Below, piece after piece: positions 25,071 to 32,000 of a stretch of DNA of 32,000 nucleotides. Source of the DNA: an uncultured delta proteobacterium (GTDB lineage Bacteria; Desulfobacterota; RBG-13-43-22); NCBI GenBank assembly GCA_963711835.1, contig CAVQFQ010000023.1:6238-38237 (forward strand), read 5' to 3'. The stretch's first letter is position 1, and the number at the start of each line of letters is the position of its first letter. Both the position numbers and the translations under genes were made by a program. Below the pieces are notes generated by a model that was not told the origin of the DNA, searched no databases, and saw nothing but the letters and a program-made list of their open reading frames with translations.

Positions 25071-26723
25071 TTGAAACCCATACGCTACACGCAGGAAATG
25101 GTCGATGAATATACTCGTGACGGGTACTGGACCAATGAAACTTTTTATGATTTTTATGATCGCAATGTGCGGGAATTCGGGGACCGCGAGGCCCTGGTGG
25201 ATTCCAAATACCGCTTGACCTGGGCCCAGGCTAAACGGCTGACCGACGGTATTGCCCAGACCTGGGCCAAAATGGGCCTGGCCAAGGATGCCCGCATCAT
25301 TATCCAGTCTCCCAATAGTGTCTATGGATTCCTGGCCCGGATTGCCAGCGAGCGGGCCGGCCTGATTTCTCTGACGGTCTATCCCTATTTGCGGGAGCGG
25401 GAGTTGGAACACTTCGTGGAACGCACCCAGGCCGAGGCGGTCATCATTTGTTATATTTACCGCAACTTCAATTACCTGGAAATGTATAAGGGATTGCAGG
25501 CCCGCTTCCCCTTCCTGAAGCACATCTTTCTTTTTGAGGAGACGGTCCCCCCGGAGGCCCCGGAGAACACCTATTCCCTGATCAAACTGGCGGAGGAATC
25601 TCTGGGCAAACCGATCGACGAAGCCCTGCTCAATTCGCGGCGCTTCGATCCCAAGTGGGACGTAGGCCTGCTGACCAGTACCACCGGGACCACCGGTCTG
25701 CCCAAGCTGGTCGAATGGCCCCTCGCCCCCCGGGTCTGCACCTCCAAGGGCCGGGTGGATATCTGGAAGCTGAATAGAAACGACATCACCATGGCCATTG
25801 CCCCCCATGCCGGCGGAGCAGCCGGAACGCTGACCTACTTTGCCGCCCCTCTGGCCGGGGCCAAAACCGTTATGCTGGAGGAATTCAACCCCGAGGCGGC
25901 CCTGGCCCTGATCGAAAAGGAAAAGGCCACGGCCATCGGAGTGGTCCCGACCCACCTGGTCCGGATGCTGGAGGTCGATACATCGAAGTATGACTTGAGC
26001 TCCCTGCGTTTCATCCGTTCAGCCGGCGGCTACTTGTCGCCCCAGGTGGCCGAGGAGGCTGAAAAGGCCTTCGGCGCGGCTATCACCAGTGATCTGGGCA
26101 CTCAGGATGTAGGCTCCGTCTCCGGCTGTTCGGTGGATGACTCCAAAGACCTGCGCCGCCGGACGGTGGGGCGGATGCTCCCGGGCAATAAGGTCATCCT
26201 TAAAGACGAACAGGGCCAGCCGGTCCCCGATGGAGAACCCGGGATCCTCTGGTTCCGGGGCCCCCATGCCCCGGCCGGTTACTTTCGCGATCCCGAATTG
26301 ACCGCCACGGTATTTGATAAGGACGGCTGGACCACCACCGGCGACATCGTCAAGTTCGACCAGGGCTGCCTCTGGATCCTGGGCCGGGCCAAAGACATGA
26401 TCATCCGGGGCGGACAGAACATTTACCCGGCGGAGATTGAAGGCCTGCTGAACGGCCATCCAAAGGTGGCCAGTGTGGCCGTGGTCGGCTACCCCGATAA
26501 GGAGATGGGCGAACGGGCCTGCGCCTATGTGGTCCCCAAAGCCGGACAGTCCCTCACCTTTGAAGAGATGAAGGCCTTCCTGAAAGAGAAAAAGATCTCC
26601 GCCTATAAACTGCCGGAGCGCCTGGAAGTGGTCTCGGCCCTGCCGACCGTGGGCGACTCCGGCAAGATTGACAAGAAGGTCCTGAAAACGCAGTTGGAAG
26701 AACTGGTCAAAGCGGGAACATAA
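25071..26723 (+). CDS. AMP-forming aryl-acid CoA ligase (EntE/AliA-like adenylate-forming enzyme)
   Basis: 550 aa. YTRDGYW near the N-terminus, an AMP-binding motif (LLTSTTGTTGLPKLVEW), GWTTTGDIV, RAKDMIIRGGQNIYPAEIE and a C-terminal SGKIDKK. TTG start has GGAGG 8 nt upstream. Confidence 0.8.
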   Translation: MKPIRYTQEMVDEYTRDGYWTNETFYDFYDRNVREFGDREALVDSKYRLTWAQAKRLTDGIAQTWAKMGLAKDARIIIQSPNSVYGFLARIASERAGLISLTVYPYLRERELEHFVERTQAEAVIICYIYRNFNYLEMYKGLQARFPFLKHIFLFEETVPPEAPENTYSLIKLAEESLGKPIDEALLNSRRFDPKWDVGLLTSTTGTTGLPKLVEWPLAPRVCTSKGRVDIWKLNRNDITMAIAPHAGGAAGTLTYFAAPLAGAKTVMLEEFNPEAALALIEKEKATAIGVVPTHLVRMLEVDTSKYDLSSLRFIRSAGGYLSPQVAEEAEKAFGAAITSDLGTQDVGSVSGCSVDDSKDLRRRTVGRMLPGNKVILKDEQGQPVPDGEPGILWFRGPHAPAGYFRDPELTATVFDKDGWTTTGDIVKFDQGCLWILGRAKDMIIRGGQNIYPAEIEGLLNGHPKVASVAVVGYPDKEMGERACAYVVPKAGQSLTFEEMKAFLKEKKISAYKLPERLEVVSALPTVGDSGKIDKKVLKTQLEELVKAGT

Positions 26724-26726
26724 TCC

Positions 26727-26845
26727 GGATACTGGATAAAGACCAAAAACGATACTGGAAAACTACTTAAGACATAATTCAAACAATGGATCTCTTATGT
26801 ATTATCCAGTCATCCAGTATCGTTTTTGGTCATTATCCAGTATCC
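26727..26845. repeat. 33-bp near-perfect inverted repeat sharing the GATACTGGA motif
   Basis: GGATACTGGATAAAGACCAAAAACGATACTGGA (26727-26759) pairs with TCCAGTATCGTTTTTGGTCATTATCCAGTATCC (26813-26845) at 32 of 33 positions. The loop is 53 nt. It starts 4 nt after the ligase stop. Confidence 0.85.
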
Positions 26846-26890
26846 AGCATCAGCAAGTTAAATTTTCCATATTAAAAGGCCGATGAGGAA

Positions 26891-28114
26891 ATGGACCCAT
26901 CCATTCTAATCCTATCCACCCTCGACACCAAATCCGCAGAAACCTTTTATCTCCGCGATCGGATCCAGGCCTTGGGCTGCCGGACCTTGACCATGGATCT
27001 CTCCATGGCTGCACCGGCCAAGGAAAAAGCGGACATTTCGCCGGATGAGGTGGCCCGGCAGGGCGGCACCGCGATTGAGACCGTACGCGCCTCCCGCGAC
27101 CGGACCGCCATTACCAGGGATATGACCCAGGGGGCAATCAAAATCGCCCGAAAGCTGCTGGAGGAAGGGCGGTTGGCCGGTGCCGTCGGCTTGGGCGGCG
27201 CCACCCTTTCCATGATTGCCACCACGATCATGCGCTCCCTGCCCTTTGGGGTCCCCAAGTTAATGATTTCCTCTTCTGCGGCCCTGCCCGGCCTTTCAAC
27301 CCGCTACATCGGCACCGGGGATATCGTCCTCTTTCACACGGTTATTGAACTTTCAGGATTAAGTCCTCACCTCCGTAATGTGCTTAATCGTGCAGCCAGG
27401 ACTATCTGCGCCATGAGCCAGGAACCTTCTTTTTCTTCCCAATCGGCCAAAGAACCTGGAACCAGACAAATAGCCCTTTCCATGTTCGGGCCCTGTGATA
27501 AATGCGCCCATATAATCCAAGAGAGTTTGACGAAAAAGGGATTTCAGGTGATTGGGTTTCATGCCGCCGGTATTTGCGACCGGGCCATGGAAGAGATGAT
27601 CGGACAGGGATTTTTTGACGGGGTAGTGGACCTGGCGCCGGCCGGGGTGACCGAACAGGTGCTGGGGGGCATGAGGGCCGCCGGGCCCGGCCGAATGGAG
27701 GCAGCCGGGAAAATGGGGATCCCGCAGGTAATCGCCCCCAGCGGGGTAAATTTCATGAGCCCCAATCGCAAAAATTACAAACCCGATTATTCCCAACGCC
27801 GCAAACACGACCTGGATAAGGACCGCACCTGGCTTCGCTTAAACACCGAGGAATTAAAGCAGGTAGCTCAGGTCATGGCCCAAAAGCTGAATCAGTCCCA
27901 GGGCCCGGTATATTTCCTCATCCCCACTCAAGGCTGGTCAACAGCCGATGAACCAGGAAGCGCCGCCTACGATCCGGCGGAGGACCAGATCTTTACGGAA
28001 ACCTTAAGAAAGCTGTGCAAACCGGAAGTTACCATACAAACGGTCGAAACCTATCTCAATGACGCGGTCTTCGCCCAAGTCGTGGTGGAAACCCTAACCA
28101 AAGCCTTCAAATAA
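26891..28114 (+). CDS. UPF0261 family protein (Tm-1 N-terminal-like ATP-binding fold), paralog 1
   Basis: 407 aa. ILILSTLDTKSAE, AVGLGGATLSMIATTIMRSLPFGVPKLMISS, GTGDIVLFHTVIELSGL and NVLNRAARTI. These blocks recur in the ORF at 29068-30306. Confidence 0.6.
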   Translation: MDPSILILSTLDTKSAETFYLRDRIQALGCRTLTMDLSMAAPAKEKADISPDEVARQGGTAIETVRASRDRTAITRDMTQGAIKIARKLLEEGRLAGAVGLGGATLSMIATTIMRSLPFGVPKLMISSSAALPGLSTRYIGTGDIVLFHTVIELSGLSPHLRNVLNRAARTICAMSQEPSFSSQSAKEPGTRQIALSMFGPCDKCAHIIQESLTKKGFQVIGFHAAGICDRAMEEMIGQGFFDGVVDLAPAGVTEQVLGGMRAAGPGRMEAAGKMGIPQVIAPSGVNFMSPNRKNYKPDYSQRRKHDLDKDRTWLRLNTEELKQVAQVMAQKLNQSQGPVYFLIPTQGWSTADEPGSAAYDPAEDQIFTETLRKLCKPEVTIQTVETYLNDAVFAQVVVETLTKAFK

Positions 28115-28503
28115 TGAAACCCTTTTCTTGGTCCGTAAAAAAGGACCGTTTTCTTTTAAAGGCCTCGGGACATCTGATCGGGCAGGATCTATTGATTGCC
28201 ATCTGGGGAGGCACTCATCCCCACATCGGAGCCGTGGGCTTGGCCGTTCCGCGTCCCAGTTTGCGTAATAAAAGGAAGACCAGTGCCACCTCTTCAGTTT
28301 TAGCCTTGCTGGGACACAAGGAGGATGGTACGGTCAAGATGGTTTCGGAGGCCCTCGCTTCAGCCCTGAAAAAAAATGTAGTGGTGACGGCTGGTATTCA
28401 CTGGGATAATTTAAAGACCGAGGAGATTGAAATCATCGTCTTAATGACGGGGCGGTTGACCGAGAAGATTATTGAAAAAATAATGAGAGTCAGCCATGTC
28501 TAA
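28114..28503 (+). CDS. lpdD: LpdD-like small protein (prenylated-flavin chaperone family)
   Basis: 129 aa. LIAIWGGTHPHIGAVGLAVPRPSL....TSATSSVLALLGHKEDGTVKMVSEALASAL..NVVVTAGIHWDN matches my recollection of LpdD-type proteins encoded next to ubiX/ubiD. The start overlaps the previous stop (TAATG). Confidence 0.55.
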   Translation: MKPFSWSVKKDRFLLKASGHLIGQDLLIAIWGGTHPHIGAVGLAVPRPSLRNKRKTSATSSVLALLGHKEDGTVKMVSEALASALKKNVVVTAGIHWDNLKTEEIEIIVLMTGRLTEKIIEKIMRVSHV

Positions 28504-29071
28504 CAAAGGATTAATCGTCGGCATCTCCGGGGCCTCGGGAGCCATCTACGGCATCCGGCTCTTGGAGATGTTAAATAAAATAGGGGTTGCTACTCACCTG
28601 ATCATCACCGGCGCCGCTCAAAAAACCATTCAGTTGGAAACCGATTACACGCTGGATGAGGTAAAGACGCTGGCTACGGTTTGTTATGATCTCGATGATA
28701 TCGCCGCCCCTGTTTCCAGCGGCTCTTTTAATATGACCAGGGGCATGGTGATATTGCCCTGTTCCATCAAGACCCTCTCGGCCCTGGCCAATTCCTTCAA
28801 TGTCAACATCCTGATCCGGGCTGCTGATGTGACCCTGAAAGAACGGAGAAAATTGGTGGTGGCCATCCGGGAAACCCCCTTGCATGAGGGGCATCTGGAT
28901 TTGATGCTTCGCCTGACCCGGATGGGGGCTATTTTATTTCCCCCGGTTCCGGCCTTTTACCATCATCCCAAAACCCTGGAAGATATCATTCATCACAGCC
29001 TGGGAAAGATTTTAGATCTCTTTGATTTGGAGGCCCCCTCCTTTAAACGCTGGACCGGAGTGCCTAAATGA
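28496..29071 (+). CDS. ubiX: UbiX/Pad1 flavin prenyltransferase
   Basis: GLIVGISGASGAIYGIRLLEML...THLIITGAA..TI, ILPCSIKTLSALANS, AADVTLKERRKLVV..RETPLH..HL..M..L...GAILFPP.PAFY. It overlaps the preceding ORF by 8 nt. Confidence 0.9.
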   Translation: MSNKGLIVGISGASGAIYGIRLLEMLNKIGVATHLIITGAAQKTIQLETDYTLDEVKTLATVCYDLDDIAAPVSSGSFNMTRGMVILPCSIKTLSALANSFNVNILIRAADVTLKERRKLVVAIRETPLHEGHLDLMLRLTRMGAILFPPVPAFYHHPKTLEDIIHHSLGKILDLFDLEAPSFKRWTGVPK

Positions 29072-30306
29072 AGGGTCGTGGTTCCAAAGCCATCGTAGCC
29101 GTACTGGCCACCCTGGATACCAAAGGGGTCGAGGTGGCTTTCTTAAGGGATCGTCTTCGGGAGGCCGGGGTTCAGGTGAGGATAATTGACGCCGGGATCA
29201 TGGGACCCCCGACCATTCCCCCGGATATCCCCGCCAGCCTTTTGGCTCGAAAAGCGGGGAGCTCCTTATCCGCCATCCGGAGCCTGGGCCACGAGGGTCA
29301 GGCTATGGGACGAATGATTCAGGGTGCGGTTCGGGTCGTTCATGACCTTTATCGCCAGGGTGATATCCATGGTCTTATCGGTCTCGGAGGCTCCATGGGT
29401 ACCTCATTGGGTACGGGTGTTATGAGGACCCTGCCCTTCGGCTTTCCTAAACTGATGGTTTCCACAATGGCCTCTCGCGACACCCGCCCTTTCGTGGGCT
29501 CCAAGGATATCCTGATGTACCATTCGGTGGTGGACCTGGTGGGTTTGAACCGTATGACCCGTCAGGTGTTGACCCGTGCTGCTTGGGCCGTGGCGGGAAT
29601 GGTCCAGGCCAAGGACGTCAATGACCCTTCATCCCGGTCCCCGCTGGTTGCCGTCAGCACCCTGGGTACCACCGAGGCCTGTATCAGACATTTCAAACCG
29701 GATCTGGAAAAAGCCGGCTGGGAAATGGCTGTCTTCCATACGGTCGGCTCCGGTGGATTGGCCCTGGAGGAATTGGTCGAAGAGGGTATTGCCCAGGCGG
29801 TTATCGAAGTTTCCCTTCATGAATTGGTGGACCACTTGTTTAAAGGCTCTTACGATGCCGGCCCCTATCGCCTGGAAGCCTCCCTGAAAAAAGGGCTTCC
29901 CACCCTGTTGATCCCGGGGAACATAGATTTTATTGTCAGCGGCCCCCCGGAAAGCCTGCCATCTCGATATAAAAACCGCCCGATTCATGTACACAACTCA
30001 GCCATTTGTGTAGTCCGGACCAATGCTCAGGAAATGAAGCGTCTGGCTTCCTGGCTGGCGGATCGTCTCCGCCTGGCCACCGGACCGGTAGCCTTACTTA
30101 TTCCCACCCTGGGCTTTTCAGCTTTTGACAGTCCGGGAAAACCGTTTTATGACTTGAGAACCGACCAGGTTTTTACGGACACCATAAAGAAACGGATCCC
30201 AAAAAACATCATCGTTAAGGAGATCGCAACCCATATTAATGATCCCCTGTTCGCCTGGGAGGTGTCGGGAATCTTTAACCAACTGATTCGCAGCCACCGT
30301 TCATGA
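29068..30306 (+). CDS. UPF0261 family protein, paralog 2
   Basis: 412 aa. IVAVLATLDTKGVE, LIGLGGSMGTSLGTGVMRTLPFGFPKLMVST, GSKDILMYHSVVDLVGL and QVLTRAAWAV. ATGA overlap with the ubiX stop. Confidence 0.6.
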   Translation: MKGRGSKAIVAVLATLDTKGVEVAFLRDRLREAGVQVRIIDAGIMGPPTIPPDIPASLLARKAGSSLSAIRSLGHEGQAMGRMIQGAVRVVHDLYRQGDIHGLIGLGGSMGTSLGTGVMRTLPFGFPKLMVSTMASRDTRPFVGSKDILMYHSVVDLVGLNRMTRQVLTRAAWAVAGMVQAKDVNDPSSRSPLVAVSTLGTTEACIRHFKPDLEKAGWEMAVFHTVGSGGLALEELVEEGIAQAVIEVSLHELVDHLFKGSYDAGPYRLEASLKKGLPTLLIPGNIDFIVSGPPESLPSRYKNRPIHVHNSAICVVRTNAQEMKRLASWLADRLRLATGPVALLIPTLGFSAFDSPGKPFYDLRTDQVFTDTIKKRIPKNIIVKEIATHINDPLFAWEVSGIFNQLIRSHRS

Positions 30307-30920
30307 GATCTTCACTTTCCGAATGGGTAACCCAGCTTAAGGAAAAAGCCCGTCCCTACTTGATTAAAGGGAGGTCGGACGATTGGGAGCATACGCTGCG
30401 GGCCCTGGAATATGGAAAGACCCTTAACCAAGAGGAAGGCGGTGACCCGGAGATAATCCTGACCGCCCTGGTGCTGCATGATATCGGCTGGAGCCGGGTG
30501 GCCTTGAACGATTTTTTGGAGGCCCCCATGTTCGAGAAAAAGGACACAAAAAGTGCCCTGAAGCACATGGAGCAGAGCACTCTTCTGGCCCGGGAGATCC
30601 TTCAGGAACTCAAATTTCCCAAAGAAAAAATGGGTCCGGTCTTGACCATTATTGCCGATCATGACCGACCGGATCGCCTTCGGGAAATGAAATGGTTGGA
30701 GGCCACGCTGGTCTTTGAAGCGGATCGGCTGGATCGTTTCGGGCCGGAAAGCCTCCGGCGTTATGAAAAAATGTTCGGCCGGGAATTTCTCCAGGAAGGC
30801 CGCCGCTACCTCCTGGAAGGGGCAAAAGTCTGGTTTCAGACCTCCACGGGAAAAAGGATGGTCCATGAAATATTAGTCCAAGACCCGCCTGTGCTGGAAG
30901 ATACACGGAAAGAAAAATAG
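30303..30920 (+). CDS. HD-domain metal-dependent phosphohydrolase
   Basis: 205 aa. WEHTLRAL...LTALVLHDIGW...IIADHD...EADRLDRFG gives the H...HD...D pattern. ATGA overlap with the preceding stop. Confidence 0.7.
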   Translation: MRSSLSEWVTQLKEKARPYLIKGRSDDWEHTLRALEYGKTLNQEEGGDPEIILTALVLHDIGWSRVALNDFLEAPMFEKKDTKSALKHMEQSTLLAREILQELKFPKEKMGPVLTIIADHDRPDRLREMKWLEATLVFEADRLDRFGPESLRRYEKMFGREFLQEGRRYLLEGAKVWFQTSTGKRMVHEILVQDPPVLEDTRKEK

Positions 30921-30980
30921 CCTGTGAGTCCCCATGGATGAATTCGTAATAGGTGAATGGAATAGAGGTGATTGATCCGT

Positions 30981-31724
30981 ATGCTCACGGCCGACGAACG
31001 GCAAAGGTACGACCGCCAAATCCTGATAAAGGAAATCGGGGAGGAAGGGCAGGAGAAGCTCAAACGGGCCAAAGTGTTGGTGGCCGGTGCCGGCGGCCTT
31101 GGATCCCCTATTTGCCTCTATCTGGCCGCGGCCGGGATCGGGATGATCCGTATTGTTGACCATGATACGGTTGATCTCAGCAATCTGAATCGTCAGATAT
31201 TGCACGGCACTGCAGATATAGGTCGTCCCAAGGTGGATTCGGCCAAGGACAAACTGGCAATCCTGAATGCCGCAGTAAAAATTGAAGCCATTTCAGTGGC
31301 TATCACCGAAGACAACATCAATAGCCTTATCAAGGACTGCGATCTCATGGTCGACGCTATGGACAACTTGCCGACACGATATATCTTAAATAAAGCAGCT
31401 ATTGAAAAAGGCCTTCCCTTTTTTCATGGGGCGGTGCGGGGGCTTGAGGGAAGGGCGATGACTATTATCCCGGGCAAGACGCCGTGTCTGAGGTGTATGT
31501 ATCACGGCGATGTGCCCCAAGAAAAATTCCCGGTAATCGGGGTCGCACCGGCGGTTATCGGCAGCATCCAGGCCACGGAAGTCATTAAATACCTGGTTGG
31601 TATGGGTGACCTTCTAACCGGCAGGTTGTTGATCTATGATGGAATGCGTATGGAATTTAGGGAATTCAAGGTGATGAGAAATCCGCAATGCGAGCATTGT
31701 GGTGAAAAAATGAAGAGGAGTTGA
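30981..31724 (+). CDS. ThiF/MoeB/HesA-family E1-like adenylyltransferase
   Basis: RYDRQILIKEIGEEGQEKLKRAKVLVAGAGGLGSPICLYLAAAGIG.IRIVDHD.VDLSNLNRQIL, plus CLRC...CEHC zinc-type pairs. The ATG at 30981 has GAGGTG 10 nt upstream. The track starts at TTG 30972. Confidence 0.85.
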   Translation: MLTADERQRYDRQILIKEIGEEGQEKLKRAKVLVAGAGGLGSPICLYLAAAGIGMIRIVDHDTVDLSNLNRQILHGTADIGRPKVDSAKDKLAILNAAVKIEAISVAITEDNINSLIKDCDLMVDAMDNLPTRYILNKAAIEKGLPFFHGAVRGLEGRAMTIIPGKTPCLRCMYHGDVPQEKFPVIGVAPAVIGSIQATEVIKYLVGMGDLLTGRLLIYDGMRMEFREFKVMRNPQCEHCGEKMKRS

Positions 31725-31727
31725 TGC

Positions 31728-32000
31728 ATGGCCATACAAATTAACCTTCATAAGACACACCGACAATATGCCGGCGGTAAAGAGTCCGTTGATGTGGAGG
31801 GCAGGACCGTAGGAGAGTGCCTGAAAGACTTGATTCGCCAGTATCCCCCCTTGGGAAAGGAGGTATTCGGCAAGGATGGTAAACTGAGCGGAATTGTGGA
31901 GGTCTATCTTAACGGGGCAACCGCCTATCCGGATGAATTGGCCAAACCCGTGAAGGATGGGGATAAGATTCAATTAGTTTATTTTCTGGCAGGAGGATGA
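31728..32000 (+). CDS. MoaD/ThiS-family ubiquitin-like sulfur-carrier protein
   Basis: 90 aa ending ...DGDKIQLVYFLAGG-stop (C-terminal Gly-Gly). It starts 3 nt after the E1-like gene. Confidence 0.75.
   Translation: MAIQINLHKTHRQYAGGKESVDVEGRTVGECLKDLIRQYPPLGKEVFGKDGKLSGIVEVYLNGATAYPDELAKPVKDGDKIQLVYFLAGG

Noticed and set aside
23269-26845. The GATACTGGA and heptamer repeats as a CRISPR array or a transposon with terminal inverted repeats
   Set aside because: There are no regularly spaced identical direct repeats with unique spacers. The repeats are self-complementary hairpins. Full-length metabolic genes lie between them, and no cas or transposase gene is present.
30981-31724. Possibility that the MoeB/ThiF-like gene is a selenoprotein. 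I recall Sec-containing MoeB forms being reported in deltaproteobacteria
   Set aside because: The ORF is uninterrupted from ATG to stop, with the expected CxxC pairs encoded by Cys codons. There is no in-frame TGA.

Overview
This 32 kb window looks like it comes from an anaerobic Desulfobacterota or syntroph-type bacterium. That is an inference from gene content only. I saw no rRNA, tRNA, CRISPR array, transposase or integrase. Layout: (1) 1-7110, minus strand. A sigma54-type promoter precedes a redox operon. It encodes an Asp-less receiver, an FDH-alpha/NuoG-like subunit lacking the catalytic Sec/Cys, and a NuoE-like subunit. The NuoE-like ORF carries an in-frame TGA exactly at a [2Fe-2S] cysteine-ligand position, followed by a SECIS-like hairpin. 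Then come a NuoF-GltD fusion and a MetV-like ORF that runs off the window. (2) 7225-13284, minus strand. A sensory operon encodes a PAS histidine kinase, a receiver-PAS-kinase hybrid, a cNMP-binding protein, an ACT protein and an NtrC-type sigma54 activator. (3) 13741-19008, plus strand. GalT-like, glgA, a multi-GAF histidine kinase and a CheY-like receiver. (4) 19104-32000. A LysR regulator is divergent from an aromatic-acid/UbiD cluster: a split PEP-synthase-like pair (phenylphosphate-synthase-like), one UbiD-family (de)carboxylase and an aryl-CoA ligase. These are followed by a translationally coupled five-gene module (UPF0261 - LpdD-like - UbiX - UPF0261 - HD hydrolase) and then a ThiF/MoeB plus MoaD/ThiS pair. 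The cistron boundaries of this cluster carry large palindromic elements built from short heptamer-like repeats. The best candidates for something undescribed are the UPF0261/LpdD/UbiX/HD module and the putative selenocysteine Fe-S ligand in the NuoE-like subunit. All functional calls come from reading motifs in the supplied translations. No database search was run.
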